Of a stretch of DNA of 64,000 nucleotides, positions 25,938 through 40,350 are shown piece by piece (position 1 is the stretch's first letter; each line of letters opens with the position of its first letter). This DNA is from Takakia lepidozioides (Eukaryota > Plantae > Bryophyta): positions 37,138,001-37,202,000 of the forward strand of contig CM060731.1 of the NCBI GenBank assembly GCA_030704615.1. The letters are read 5' to 3'. Made by a program: the position numbers and the translations under genes. A model generated the notes under the pieces. It was not told the DNA's origin, did no database searches, and worked only from the letters and a program-made list of their open reading frames with translations.

Positions 25938-27532
25938 AAACCCAGGAGCCTATATCTTCTTCCTTGGTACGAGCCAGGATTAATGTCTCCAGTTATGCGT
26001 CTGAATGTAGGCCGTGTACCCCCAAGAAGTGGGTAATTAAGTCACATAAAAATGTACTAAAAGCAATCAACAGGATAGTAGGGTACTGGTCTTTGCTATT
26101 ATCCATTGGGCGGCAAAAATATTGGATGAATTATCTAACATGCATTCATCACCCTTTCCGAAGGTCCAGCGATATCATTGACAGCATGCCATTCATCATG
26201 GGGTGCATTATTTATTTTATTTTATTTTTAATATTTCGAGTTTCTGTTGGGCCCCATCCACACTGAGTTGGCATATCTGTTCAGCCAATCAAAAGTATTT
26301 TATCATGACAGTTAAAATACTAGTAAAACATTATCCAATCTATCATTTTTGCACTGTCGTTGAGTCCTAACCAATCAGAAACATGTAAGATTTCGGATAT
26401 ATACCTATTTAGTAACTAACCATTTAAAATCTATCCATCCTCCAAAAAAAGCCCAAAAAAAGGAATAAATAAGGAAGCCTGGTGAAATTGTTTGTTGAGT
26501 TGTCACTTCTATAAATAGGTAAATAAATGAATGGTTGAACAGGAAAAGGTCTACAACACTCTCATTCTAAAAATGGATGACAATGTGGTAGCAGGCTTGA
26601 ACGTTAAAGACATGAAATCATCACCCATTGCGAGGGTACATCCATTCATTGGCTGCTAGGTCCATGCATGAGTGACAAGTGATGGAGTACATGCACTGAG
26701 AAAATTTCAGTTCGTCAATAAGTTGTATCGCACCTGCAGTTCAACGTGACTTTAGTTCTTGAATGTGCGCAGAGGTCATTGATTCCTGACGATTGCATGG
26801 ACTTGCGACTTCATTTCGTTTGGATTGTGGTGAAGCGTGACAGCTGACCGTACCTGCGAGTAATAAAGTACGCCCATTTTCGGTGTATGTACTCCACCAA
26901 CTTCAGTGGAGAACACTAGCAGACGGTAGCGTGCATGCACTCTGCGCCAAGCAGAGGTGATAAGCTTAATTTCAGTCTGGGCACGAATCCTGCTTCCAGT
27001 TTGGGTGGAATTATATTCTCCCTCTTACCCGGGCTGTGCCCTTGATCCTTCTTTGTGCTTGGCGCTCATGCATGCGAGCTTGTTTGGAAAGAGAGGTAAG
27101 TAGGTAGTTTGCCTCTAGCACCGGGCCTGATTTGTGTCGCTCCCAGCCTCCTCCCAGGTGTTTCTCTTTAAAACAAGAGAAGAAAAAGTTTAGAAACCTC
27201 TGTGGCGCTGCTTGGACTAATAACAAAGGCAGTGGATGGTGGCCAATGTTTGGCCACTCGTGTGCCATCTCATGTTTGTGGGACAATGTTACCGTCAATA
27301 CACTATGAATTCAGTTTGTAGATTGGGATTGCGCCGTAAAATACTTGAGTTAAAAATATCTTGATTTAATTCTGAATACATTCCATGATCAGACTTAGGA
27401 AAGCATGGCACATCATAATTATACGAGAGCCTACAACCAAACTTGAATAATATTTGTGCATAGTAACTTATAAATAAACATTCAAGACAACAGCCAAAAT
27501 AATATTCCAGGACAAACTCTTCATTCCATCAA

Positions 27533-27799
27533 CAGTGTTTTTTTTCTTGGCGAAAAATCGACCTCAAAACATTAAAATAGAATATTCTGTCGTAAATTCC
27601 CCATTTTTTCATGGATGAAATCGCCAAACTTCTACAAGGAAAAAAAAACAATAGATGAATTCGCCAAATGTGGATGATATAAATGGATGAAAGTACATAG
27701 GAGGATGATTCTATCCAAATTTTCAATGCATGAACAGAATATATAGCTATTTCTTGTAGCCACTCGTGCTATTTTTCAAATTTAAGAAAAAAATCACTG
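27533..27799. mobile_element. CAGTG-terminated MITE
   Basis: Colinear with 19285-19560; the flanks share ccatcaa (possible degenerate TSD). Confidence 0.6.
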
Positions 27800-28678
27800 C
27801 CCCATCAACACTGCCTAAATCCTTGAGCCAATTATGTCCTTGTACAATTGCCTGACGACCATGAATTGAATATGTTTTACATAGGGTAACTCTACCTATC
27901 ATTGCACAAACCCCTATCATCGTGCACCCCAGCCCCTATCATCGCGCACCCGTCGACCATGCTTAGGAGTTTGATTAAGCATTGAATCGGTGTGTACACA
28001 AATCAAGCCCCAGTTAGTGCTATTGATGCATCAAGAAGAAGATTGATTCACAATATCGGGAACTGTCGCAAACATTGCACGTTACTATGTATCCGTAAAT
28101 CTATAACTACCGAAGTGTGTGGTGATGTACAAATGTTTGAAATTGTGATGCATCCACATTGCTATGGATTTTGCACAATTTCGAGACCTTATCTTGGTCT
28201 TATTGTAGATTGACAATGGAGTGTCGCTTGTAAAAGCTCTTGGTATGCACGATGTGTGGTTGGAGGAGCACAATGTGATGAGCAGACAAGCGGTGCCAAC
28301 GTGGTCAGACTAGGATTGCAAGGTGATGCCCGAGTCTGAGTGCAAGTATCAAAAGCCTCCATACTTGAACATGTATTAGACTGATGCATTGGCATCTGAA
28401 ACTCCGATGCAACCTTTAGCTACTCTCAAAGTTTTACAATGAAAAGTACTCTAAGATGTCCTCCGGTAAAGACGTCTAAGAGGAAATTCTTGTTTCTTGA
28501 ATTTTGTAGTTGATTAGGTGTCGGCAGTTAGGTTGTCCCTAGGTTTTGCCCTGTGTAGTGTTGGGCGAGTAACTAAGTGGACCATTTCCGGTATGTGGCT
28601 ATACTGTAGATTATGTATTAATTTGTATTAGTTTACACTAATTCTACAAATGCGCAATGATAGGTGCAATGGTGGGCA

Positions 28679-31600
28679 TGAGGCAATGCCCATCACTTCT
28701 TCTAGAATTTTGGATGTGCTATCTTAGTAGATTGCAGAGAGAGGAGGAGGAGAAGTCCAGCATCTATTTTTTTAAGTTTTTTTCTTTTGCAGTAAGGAGC
28801 ATTCTTGTTAAGACTGACACTTACTCTTTGGTTGGTTTAGGCTGTCAGTTTTTGTACTGCTGCTCATACTAGAAGCTATCTGCCAATATCTCTAGGAGGT
28901 AGAGGACAGGTCTAGTTTCCAACAGGTTATGGGCCCACAAGACGTTACAACTACTTGGACAGTTCAGTCACTGGATGGCAACAACTATAAGAGTTGGATC
29001 TACACGATGCAACTCCTGCTCTCTTCAAAGGGCCTGTGGTCAGTAGTGACTAAAAAGCTGTCAGAGGATAACCTGAAGGAGAAGAGATGGATCCAAAAGA
29101 ATGAGCTTGCAATGGCAGCTCTGGTCACAAACATGAAATCAAAGCTGGTAGTTTTGGTAAGGAATCTTACAACTGCTCATGAGGTCAGGCAGACCTTAAG
29201 TGAGGTGTATGAGATAGATGCAATGGGGAAAGCATATGTCCTATGGAAACAGCTCATGGACTTGAGAATGAGAGAAGGTGAGAGTGTAGCCATTCACATT
29301 GCCACTGTTAAAGCCATGTGTCTGGAGATAATTGATGCGGGAGAACCCATGACTGAATCACTTGAGATCATGACCTTGTTTGGCACCTTGCCAAAGAGTT
29401 ATGACATGGTGGAAACCGCATTGGCTACTCATGGTAAGAGTAGACTGAGTTGGAAGTATGTCACTTCACAACTCATCATGGAAGAAAGCAAGCTGACTAG
29501 GGGTAGCTCAAGTATGGACAATGCCCTGACGGCTACTTCCATCAAGAAAGATGGAGCATGTTTCTAATGCGGCAAATTTGGGCATTTCCAGAAGGACTGC
29601 AAGGTGAAGATTGACAAGTCCAAGAAAGACAAGTGGAGACCAAGGAAAGGGAAGTCTGTACATGCACATGTCGCTGACATGGGCAACGACGGTGAAATTC
29701 ACCTGTTTATGGCAAATGCAGCTTACAGTTGTGATGAAGACTACCTACTGACTACTGAAGGAGAACATTGTGGAGATGAGTGGTATTTGGACTCTGGAGC
29801 TACTAACCACATGTGTGGGAGGAAGGAGTTGTTTCACAACTTGAAACCCATTCAGCCTAGAAGCGTAAAGATGGGCAACAAGACATTTTTTGTAAGTACG
29901 ATGATGGGAGAAATCCCTATCAACTTTATCAGAAAAGAGAGTAAGATTACCCGTTGTACCCTTCAGAAAGTCCTATATATGCCAGACTTGGCAAAGAATC
30001 TGATCTCTGTTAGTACCTTGGATGAGCTTGGGTATGATGTCATTTTCAGAAACAATGCTTGCAGCATCTAGAAGGGCAACGAGGAACTCTGCTATGGAGT
30101 GAAGGAGCAAAGACTCTACAAGCTTTTGAGTACATCTGGAACTCAGGAGGAGGCCAATGTTGGGGACACAATGGACACTGCACCATTGTGGCATAGAAGG
30201 TTGGGTCACTTGGGGACACAAGCGATCAAGGATCTTCAAAAGTTGGCGTTGGGGCTGAATGTGGACTGGTCACATGAGCTACAGTTATGTGAAGGATGTG
30301 CTAAAGGGAAACAGCACAAGTCATCAATGCCCAAGGAATCTGCCACAAGAGCCAAGGAGAGGCTGGAGTTGATACACACAGATGTGTGTGGCCCCATGAA
30401 GACAACATCGCTGGGATGATCTAGGTACTTTGTCACCTTCACTGATGACATGAGTAGAAAGACTTTCTTATCCCTTGAGAGAGAAAGGTCAAGTGCAGCA
30501 GGTTTTTAAGCAATTTGTGCATGAAGTAGAAAACCAGCTGGACCTCAAAGTCAAGGTTCTAAGGAGCGATGGTGGGGGGGAATTCCTAAATCAGGAATTC
30601 AAAAGTTATCTTGTTGAGAAAGGCATAAAGAGCCAAGTAACAGCGAGGGACAGTCCAGCCCAGAATGGAGTGGCAGAGATATTAAACAGAACACTGGTTG
30701 AGAAGGCTAGATGTATGCTACAGACCTCAGGCCTTCGACCAGAGTTTTGGGGAGAGGCGATCAGCACTGCCACGAAAAATTTGAGTCCCACGCGAGCTTT
30801 GAAAGACATGACTCCAGAGGAGACATGGAGTGGGAAGAAGCCAAACCTGAAGCATCTAAGAGTTTTTGGTTGTGCTACTTATGCATTGATACCTGACGAG
30901 CAAAGGAGCAAGTTGGATGCCAAGTCAGAAAGATGTATCTTCATTGGGTATGATCTGGGATGCAAGGGGTACAAGGTCTACAATCCTAGAACCAAGAGGT
31001 CAATCAGGAGTAGAGATGTCATGTTTGATGAGGATAGTTTTGGGAAGGAGACAAAGCCCAAGGATCTGTTCGTTCCTGTGACAATCCCTGATGTGGGAGA
31101 AAAAGAAAGGGAACAACCAGTACTAAAGGTTTACACTCGAAGGGAGAAGGTGGCGAAGAAACCAGAAGAGGATGAAGATTCTGAAGATCGGGATCTTGTT
31201 GACAAGGATGGGGGGCCTAAAAGGTCAGGAAGGATCAGTAAACCCCCAGAAAGGTTTTGGAGCTAATGTGGCAAAAGGACTGACTGGTCTGACTATGGAT
31301 GACATAGGGCAGATAGAAAGTTGTTTCCATGCCCTTAATGATGCAGAGGAGCCAGCCACCCTCAATGACGCTTTGGCAAGGGATGATACCAATGAGTGGG
31401 AGGGAGCTGTACTAGAGGAGATGAAATCTCTGAAAAAAAACCAGACTTGGGAGCTGGTAACAATGCCTGGAGGTAGAAAGGCGGTAGATTGCAAGTGGGT
31501 TTTCAAAGTGAAAAGAGGACCCAACAATGAGATAGTGAAGTACAAGGCCAGACTTGTGGCCAGAGGCTTCACACAGACTTCATGGCTTGACTACAATGAA

Positions 31601-33293
31601 ACTTTTGCCCCGGTGGCAAAGTTCACCTCCATCCGATGTTTACTGGCATTGGCAGCGAAGCATGACTGGGAGATAGAACACATGGACGTGAAGACTGCAT
31701 TCTTGAATGGGGATCTCCAGGAGGAGATCTACATGAAACAACCAGAAGGCTTCCAAGAAGGTGATAAGGTGTGTCGGCTCAAGAAATCGTTATATGGACT
31801 CAAACAAACATCGAGGACATGGTATGAGAAGATCAATAGCTACTTGACAGGCCAAGGTTTTGTAAGGAGTACAGCTGATCAGAGCATTTACTACATGACA
31901 TCAGGTGTCATGATAATAGCACTCTATGTGGATGACCTGCTACTGATCAGCGGCAACAAGGACACCATGCGCAGATAGAAACATGATTTGAGTGAAACCT
32001 TTGAGATGGTTGATCTTGGAGCCGTGAACTACCTACTTGGAATTCAGATTCGGAGGGACAGGAAGGCGAGAACTATAAAGTTGAGCCAAGAGAGGTATAT
32101 CAAGAATGTTGTTGCGAAGTTTGGTATGAGGACTGCAAACCAGCACCAACGCCATTGGAAACCGGCTGCAAGCTGAGTAAGGAAATGGCGCCAAAATTTC
32201 CAAGTGAGATTGAGGAAATGACTAAGGTTCCATATCAGCAAGCCATGGGATCTCTGATGTATGAAATGATTGGCACCAAGCCAGACATTGCCTATGCAGT
32301 GGGAGTGCTCAGTAAGTTCATGCACAACCCAGGACCTCAGCATTGGAAAGCACTCAAGAGGGTGATTAGATATTTGAAAGGGACTGCGGATACATGTCTA
32401 ACTTACAACAAGCAGGACACTGGAGCATCACTAGAAGGATACAGTGATGCAGATTGGGCAGGAGACACAGATGAGAGGAGATCCATATCTGCCTATTGCT
32501 TTGTAATGAGTGGAGGTGCTGTGAGCTGGAGCAGCAAAAGATAGCAGACCACTACTCTATCCTCGACTGAGTCAGAGTATATGGCTCTGACTCATGCAGC
32601 TAAAGAAGCCATTTGGATTCGAAGGCTTCTTGGTGAACTTGGCTTTAGTCAAGAACAGCCAACGAAAGTGCAGCATTGAGCTGAGCAAGAATCCTGTTCA
32701 TCATGCCCAGATCAAGCACATAGATATCAAACCTCATTTCATTAGAGAAATGATTGGTTTGGAGATTGACTTGGTTTTCTGTAGGATTGAGGACATGGCA
32801 GCTGATGCATTCACAAAGGCTATCCAAAGAAAAGCATTCTAGATACATGGAACTGATCGGGTTAAGCCTCAATCCTCGCTGAGTGGGAGTGTTAGAAATG
32901 AGCTCAAATTTAGTTAGCTAGGGTTTTGTTAGGGTTTTTTGACGGCTAGGGATAGTTCAACCAGAAGGTTCCAGCCCAAGTTTCCACTAGAAGTTTCTAG
33001 AGAACCCATGTAGGATTTAAGGGAAAGGCTGAGGCAATGCCCAGCACTTCTTCTAGCATTTTGGATGTGCTATCCTAGTAGATTGCAGAAAGAGGAGGAG
33101 GAGAAGTCCAGCATCTACTTTTGTAAGTTTTTTTCTTTTGCAGTAAGGAGCATTCTTGTTAGGATTGACACTTTTTGTTAGTACTAACTCTTTGGTTGGT
33201 TTAGGTTGTCAGTTTTTGTACTGCTGCTTGTGCTAGAAGCTATATGTCAATATCTCTAGGAGGTAGAGATATTGACAGGACTAGTTTCCAACA
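28679..33293 (+). mobile_element. Ty1/copia LTR retrotransposon, decayed; 5' LTR 5'-truncated (28679-28924), 3' LTR 32890-33293
   Basis: LTR copies align (tgaggcaatgccc...ctagtttccaaca). PBS GGTTATGGGCCCAC at 28925. PPT-like GAGTGGGAG before TGTTAG at 32890. Domain order gag-PR-IN-RT-RH. Confidence 0.95.
28929..32842 (+). pseudogene. copia gag-pol polyprotein (stops/frameshifts)
   Basis: UBN2-type gag; zinc knuckle CF*CGKFGHFQKDC; WYLDSGATNHM (protease); LWHRRLGH...CEGC, IHTDVCGP, LRSDGGGEF, QNGVAE (integrase); YKARLVARG, MDVKTAFL, LYVDDLL (RT); YSDADWAG, ADAFTK (RNase H). Confidence 0.93.
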
Positions 33294-34677
33294 GTGCCCA
33301 ACACTTCAATGCAGTGTATTGGGTTTTGTAAATTTCATAACTTGGGTTTTGAAGCCAACTTGCCAACCTCCCCCTAGGTCCAAATTTTGCACCGCATATG
33401 TTTCTTTGTTGATTTTTGACTCATCGCCTATTTTCAAGCTCCATAAGTAGTATGACTCTATGCTCAAAATATTTCTACATAGAAATCTGAAGTAGATGCC
33501 GTTGAGGCTAAATCAAAATTGACTAAAAGGACAATGAATAGAATCAAGTAGATCATTCGTGGAATTGCACAGAAGAAGTGTAGGTTGCCTCGGATGCCAC
33601 GGCTGTTTGGGATCATCACATTATTTGCAACAACCACTTGGCCATCGAGTTTGGCAATCAACCGAGTAGAAATAGGTCCTTGGAGTCGAACCCAGTAGGA
33701 ACCCAATGAGGTTTGTGGATGGGAGCATTGTATCATGTAGGGCGAACGAGCTTGAACTGTTGGAAAGAGGTTAAGAATTCGAACTTGAATTGAGGATCTT
33801 TTGTTAATTTGTTACTGTTTTCCATTGTTCAACACGACACATACAGCTCGGTTGAAAAACACATATTTGTAGTGTCATTTCTCGGTTAAGGACACCCATT
33901 CAGCAGACTCCTGGCCACTGAGGTGGTGACAGAGGGTTTCCTTGTGACATAGCTCATGGCCAAGCTGCTGCACCCTAGAGCCCCTAGGGAGTTCATGTGT
34001 GAATTGATTATTCTTAAGGAAAATCATAACCGTCTAAATTTGAAGAATTTTGTAGAATAGATAACCAAAAAAATTATCCTTATACATAACCATGGAGTGT
34101 GTCCGTCCCAAAAATATTGAAGTAACCTTAACCGGCGGATATGTAAAATTCTTATAACCTGCCGACACTGGTTCAAACCCAAAATCTGTGGCATATGATC
34201 CACTACTTCAGAGTACTAGATTCATTGAGTACCAAACCGTCCGAGGTTTGTCACAAATGAATAGAAGATGTTAACGAGAAAAAGGTCCTTCAAATTCATC
34301 TCTTCGTGTGTTAGACCTCCTCTTTTGGACATTGCTTCATAGTTTCAAGGGTGAAAACATGCCTACTTTCACTAAACGAAGGTGGAAAAGGGACGTGAGC
34401 GAGTCCATGAAAGCCACGCAATGTTCACAGGTTTGTTGCATTACAGTGCTTTTGCCCAAGCTGTTCAAACCAGTGTTGGGCGGTTAATTGGACTGACCCT
34501 GGTTAACCGGCGGGTCAGGTTCCGGTTATTAAGAACCTAACCAGAACCGGAACCAGTTGGGAGAACCGGAACCAGTTGGGAGACCCGGAACCGGAACTGG
34601 GCCCCAGATTTTGGCTTTGATGGAACCGGAACCGGCGGTTCCTAGTGGGGTCAGGAACCGCCACTAACCGTACATAC

Positions 34678-35166
34678 TAGTGTTGTACTGGTATGTCCAT
34701 TTTGGCATACCCGACTGGTCTTGGTATGTCCAACTTGGCTGTCGGGTCAAACTGGTAGGGCCCGGGGTAGATAGGACTGGCCAGGGTAGGTTATAGAATG
34801 GGTATGGGTATTTTGAATTTTGAGATACCCTAGTCCTAGGCATGGGTATGACAAAAACTCAAATGACATACTGGGTCAGTATGTACAATGGTATGGTTAT
34901 ATTTTTAATGGATGGTATCTTCGTATCTTCAACAATTACATTATATATTATGGTATTTTAAGGTTAACTTCATGTTATTTTTACATGTCTTTTATATTTG
35001 TACCCACAAACCCCTGTTGTTATTTATAAATTTATATTTTTGGTACATGTCCAGGGTATAGCCGGGGTATACGCCGCAAGACATACCCAATTGGTATGTT
35101 CTACAATATCCTTACTCATACCAGTACACATACCGCAACCGACTGGCACATACCAATACAACACTG
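34678..35166. mobile_element. hAT-type MITE with 8-bp TSD
   Basis: TIRs tagtgttgtactggtatg / cataccaatacaacactg; TSD GTACATAC at 34670-34677 and 35167-35174. It sits next to another CAGTGTTG-starting element with AACCGG repeats (34472-34670). Confidence 0.8.
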
Positions 35167-35479
35167 GTACATACTAAGCATTGGATCCTCCTTTACTCAG
35201 GTTGGCAAGCCACTTATATCCTCAACCTTGGGTCGAGCTTATCAACATGGAGGCTATTATTCAGTTCTCATTTAGATTAAAGGATCTAATTATGGGAAAA
35301 ACACTCAAACACCCACAAAGTACAGCTATGTCACGATCTTCTGATCCCAATACAGATACAAATGAACTATCACCACCTATGTATCTTTTTCAAGTCGTCT
35401 ATTCCAATCTCATTTCCAAATCTCTCCTATTCCACTCTTCTAATGACGCAGGATATCCATAAAATGGCCTATATCATAC

Positions 35480-35935
35480 CTCTTTCAAGCCTGGATTTGG
35501 TGTGGAATGGAGCATAGTGAGGATTTAGTTGCAAAACCTGGCAAGCTCTACTGGACCTCTGCCAGAGATTATTTGCCTTATTTTGCCATCAGACCAGCCA
35601 CTTGCAATGTATGATTTTTTATTTTATTTTGGCCAAGTGGGCTTGGTCTCGGACACTCAAAGTGTATGTGTGTCCATATCTTGAAGCTGTAACATGGCAG
35701 GCCTTTCTTCCATGCCAAAATGCCTTACATGATGCATGTCTTGGGGCAATGGTGAAGAATGAAGTTGCAGTCTGTCTTGTCTTGCCCAAGTGGGTCACTT
35801 GGTTGCATGTTTGGAATGTGATAAACTGCAGGCTGGTCCATCAAGATGCTTGTGTATACATGTCTTGAATCTGTAGTATGGCAGGTTGTTCTTACCTACC
35901 CAAGAGGCCGTGCATGATACATGTCTTGGGAGACT
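35480..35935 (-). repeat. Inverted copy of the ~190-bp repeat family and its flank (matches ~61330-61805)
   Basis: catgatgcatgtcttgggg, caggctggtccatcaagatgcttgtgta etc. are reverse complements of the units at 47940-48385 and 61119-61540. Confidence 0.8.
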
Positions 35936-36249
35936 TACAAATGGCAAAGAATGAGATGTCGCTCCCAGGTGTTCAAACTTTGGAATTGTCCTAACTACTT
36001 CACTTCGTTTAGCCGAACAACCCAATTCTCTAACTCCCCTCTGCCTTCCAATTTATCAGTTGTTCTATGCATCATGTAGATATCCCGTTCATTTATCATA
36101 TTACCCCGATTTTACATCCAATTCGATGATTTTGCGATTTTACTCAATCAAAGTCCAAAATAGCCCCATAATTCTACATTCTAAGTTCGATCTTCTCAAC
36201 TTTAGCGTCTAAACCTCCTTCTAACCAGACAAAATAACTATTATTCTAC

Positions 36250-38200
36250 ATAACCCCACTCCTAATTGTGCAACGTCCCCGCAAACACTTTAAAATCTAA
36301 TGCGTATCCTCTTATTTGGGGGTTCATCTGACGCCTGCTCTCATCGTATAAGGTCTCATCCACTCCCTCAATGAATCGAGTCCAATATGGCAATATTCTG
36401 ATAATATTTCTCTGATGGTAATGAACATGTGCCAGTAATTGCAACTCCCACTTGTTCAAAGCCCTCACATAGACATCAAATGCCACTTTGTACTTCGTAC
36501 ACCAATGTGCAAGCACCTCTACAAATAAAGAAGCTTGAAAATAAATTAGATCGGTGTGGGACGTAGAATGAATTGTCTGAACTGCTGAATAGGCAGTATA
36601 TGAACTCTCTGCCTATATGAACTCTCTGGAGTCTAATTCCCTACTATCGACAGCCAAGTATAGAGCATGGTCTCTCCTTCTCTCCATAGGCCTCTTCTTG
36701 GACACCTGCAATATGTCAATTCCTGAAGAATAGATATTGAAGCTCTTCTCTCTCCTCAACGTTCTCCCTCTTTCCCAACGAGGTTAATTCTTCTTTCTTC
36801 ATCGTATGGTGGTAATCCCTTCCCATCCAAAGAATTACCTCCCACTTTGGATATGACATTCCTCCTTGGAATCAAAATATAAATTGTACTGTTCCACAAA
36901 CAAAATGATAGACCCAATTGAGTGGCATTCTAATTATATCTTTAGCCAATAAGTTGCCTACAACCATCTCTGCATCCTCTGCACCAATTGATTGTAGAAG
37001 AATTGTATAAGCCACCACAGACAAATCAATTGTACCCTCTTCCGAATCCCTGAACCATTATTCTGGATCATGCCCTACAATAATGAGGAATTGCAATATC
37101 TGCTTTAGGGACTTCTTCCATCTTCTGCTGACGAAAACATTCGGAACAATAGAAGAATACAAATTTGAAAATGGTACTTCCAACCTTGTCAAAATATCGT
37201 GATTTTGGGAAATGATTTTCCTCAAAATATTTTCATCTTAAGTACATCGACCGACATCGTCTTGTGCTAACGGAGTGCAGCCCTCATTCTAGAAGTTGAT
37301 ACTCTCATTGACATTTACGTTACTTGTATTGGTCCATGTCACATGAGGCGAGACTTACTCAAATTGACGTGGTTCTGAAATAAAACCTGGTTGTTTATCA
37401 TCAATGTCTCCCCATTGTCTTTCATTTCATTTCATGGTATTATGTCATTGTACCAAGGCTCGACTAGAAGCAAACGAGCCTGCCTACGTCTCACGTGGAG
37501 ATAACTTCTCCACATCCCAAGTGAGGTTCGCCACCTCACTTGGCACATGGAACCAAATGAAGTCCCAATGCCAACAAAATACAAATATAAATGTATAAAA
37601 TCCTATTTAGTTAGAAATAACTATTTCTAACTAACCACAATCAAAACCAGGATCCTCTCTTGCCGCCATAGCTCTAGTGCCTGAGATGGAGTGTGGGTGA
37701 GGTCTGTATGGTGGAGTCATTTAGCAAAGGTGCCATTGGCTTGACTGATATAACGTGGGGTTCACATCTTTTCACCATTTCTGTATCAATTGTGGCATAG
37801 CTTTCTAGGACTATATGCTAGGAAGTATGGTTCACGATGCTTAGGTGCACGACATATCTTACATCAATTGAAGTTATTGAACCACAATCACCTTCCATTC
37901 TTTTCTCATCTCTTCCTTTAGTTGTACCATCTCCACAATTCCATGCGTGCCTATATGATGAACCCAATCCCATTCAGGTTTGTCCATTCTTACCGCCAAA
38001 TGACGCTCCAGCTCTTTGTAGTAAAATAAATCATGTTTCAAAACGATCTCTAGAAAACCTTGTTGAAGTATTCCACAATAATCTCTCATCTCATTAACAG
38101 TAAATTCTCCAACCCCAGAGCAACACATTGGTGCCAAATTGCTTGGAAATCAATGGGACTTTGATCCACCATTTTCTTGAATATAGCTCTCAATAAACAT
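36250..38200 (-). mobile_element. Highly degenerate L1-type LINE ORF2 relic
   Basis: Fragmentary, W-rich residual frames and a C..C..H..L zf-RVT-like stretch near 36650-36715; no intact ORF. Confidence 0.4.
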
Positions 38201-38209
38201 TCATCAAAA

Positions 38210-40350
38210 TCGTAAGATGGCTAACCAGGGTAGCTGAAAGTCCCAATCTCCCAGATGTCTTTTCTACAAACCATACCTGCGCAAACCTCTCTTAACCGTC
38301 TGCACAACTATCTTTGTCAAGCCATCGGCATTAAGATGGTTCCGAGAAGTGGTGCGGTGGTCTATCAAGGCTTTGTCGCACACGCCTGAAACTCCCCCAG
38401 GAACTCTCTCCCTTGGTCCATGAGTACTTTAGTCGCTAGAACACCGAATCGGCTAAGCACACGATCGAAGAATGCATATGCAACCCCCTCGGGCCTCACT
38501 AACCTTGTCAAAGAATGGAATCAACTTGATCCACTTGGAGAAGTGCTCCACCATCACCAACACGTATTTATGGTGGCGCATCGTCAATGACAACGGTCCT
38601 ACAAAGTCAAGATTCCATCGGTAGCTTAATCTTATGATGGGCAAAGGATGCAGCTTTGATGTAGGGGTGTTGAATGAAGAGCCCACCCTGTCATATACCA
38701 TGCACCTAGCTACAAATTGTTGCACCTCTGTATGCATACCACGCTACCAATACTGACATTGCAGTAGACTAGGAATGCGTCATATCCCAAAATGCCCCAA
38801 CTCCTCATGGGCATGCCGTACCAACCGTGCACACTGTATTGGGCGAGGCACAATCCTCACTCGACCATCTTCCCACACTCAGAGCAGATGTGTCATCATC
38901 CATTTGAACCGTTTGGCTCATCGTAGGATCCAATCTATCTCATTGACAGTCATTGTGGCTGTCGTATCTCAAGTGTGGAGATAGCTAGTCCAACACAATT
39001 GAATCCTTATGTGTATCTCTGGAGCCCACTGGCTCATCGTTGGTCTTAGGGTCCTCACACATTCTATCTACAGGATGAATGCAGGGTTGACTGGACCAAA
39101 ATGGACGTTACTGGCACAGTTTTAGATGACTGCAATTGATGGTGTCATCAATTGAATTTGAATTAACTCATTAAAACCAGAAAATATATATGTCATTGGA
39201 TTCCTAGCTTCAATACGCACCCATAGCAACTCTCCAATCATGAATCCGATAAGAAATGACTCTGCTATGGACTTTTGAACACCGTCATTGTGGACTGTTA
39301 CCGCAGTGAATGGAATTACAATGGACTCAAGTTCTCATATGCACCATTGGTGAATTCCATTGAAATTTGGACTTAAGGTGGCCATTTTGGTCCACATCAT
39401 AGGTTTGGATTTGAAGTGGCAAAATCATTTGTCATTTGACTCATATGAACTAATATATGTCAAAAAATTAGGCGTTTTTTGAAAAGTCCATAGCTCATCA
39501 TGTTTTTTGGATTTTGGGTGTCATTTGTTTTCTAGAAGTATAAAACCTATAATCTTCAATGGCTAGGTGGCATATTGAAAGTTTTTGTAAACTCTAATTT
39601 TTAGTTTTTCATAAATTTCCTAAATAATAGACTAAAATGTTTAATGAATTATATCTTTAATATTTGGGGTAGGACTCTTTACTAAATATGTTTAGTATAC
39701 CATTATCTATCACTAAAATGTTTTTTGGATAGTATCATCAATGTTTTTGTTTTTGGTCATGGACTTTCATGGAGCAAGATCTGCTGCCTTTGGTCCACTC
39801 AACCCTGCAACTGCCCCACAATCATCCATGTTATTGGTCCAACCTAGCCTTCCACTGACAAGATGCACAAAAATGCAGATGCGTGCCATTCCCGCACCAT
39901 CTCCTCGTCCATCTCACCGTGCCACTGAGTTCCAGGGTCATCTGTTAACTGATGCATGGATTGCGACTCAACCCATCCGCATCCCAATTGACTACACCGG
40001 ATCGATGTACCACTTGAAAGTCCTACTCATGGAATATAAGTGTCTATTATGCAAGCTTCTTCGTAAGCTTGTTTGACTCCATCTTGAATCATAACAATGG
40101 TGAAGAGGTTGTCGTACAGATAGCACCTGAAGTGTACCACGGCCCACACTGCACCTAAGAACTCTCTCTCTCGTATGAGCTATATTTAGCATCTGCAAAG
40201 TTGTTCGAGCGTTGTTTGAGCCACTACAAACTTTCTCCCCTCATCATCCACTTGCATGAGCACCGCTCCAAGTCCCAACATGCTTCAATTCGTATACAGC
40301 CGAAAGGGATGTCCCCTGATAGGTCGTCTCAAGATGGGCGTCTAGATCTG
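38210..40350 (-). mobile_element. Degenerate older copy of the pol (RNase H-integrase) region of the 49782-61118 gypsy family, interrupted by a TIR element
   Basis: MHTEVQQFVARCMVYDRV...LDFVGPL..YVLVMVEHFSKW is colinear with 51400-52230; 39860-40345 is colinear with 52270-52770. Confidence 0.85.
39084..39805. mobile_element. Non-autonomous TIR element
   Basis: TIRs GGGTTGACTGGACCAAA / TTTGGTCCACTCAACCC (16/17 match) flanked by TGCA on both sides. A related end lies at ~44035-44335. Confidence 0.7.
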
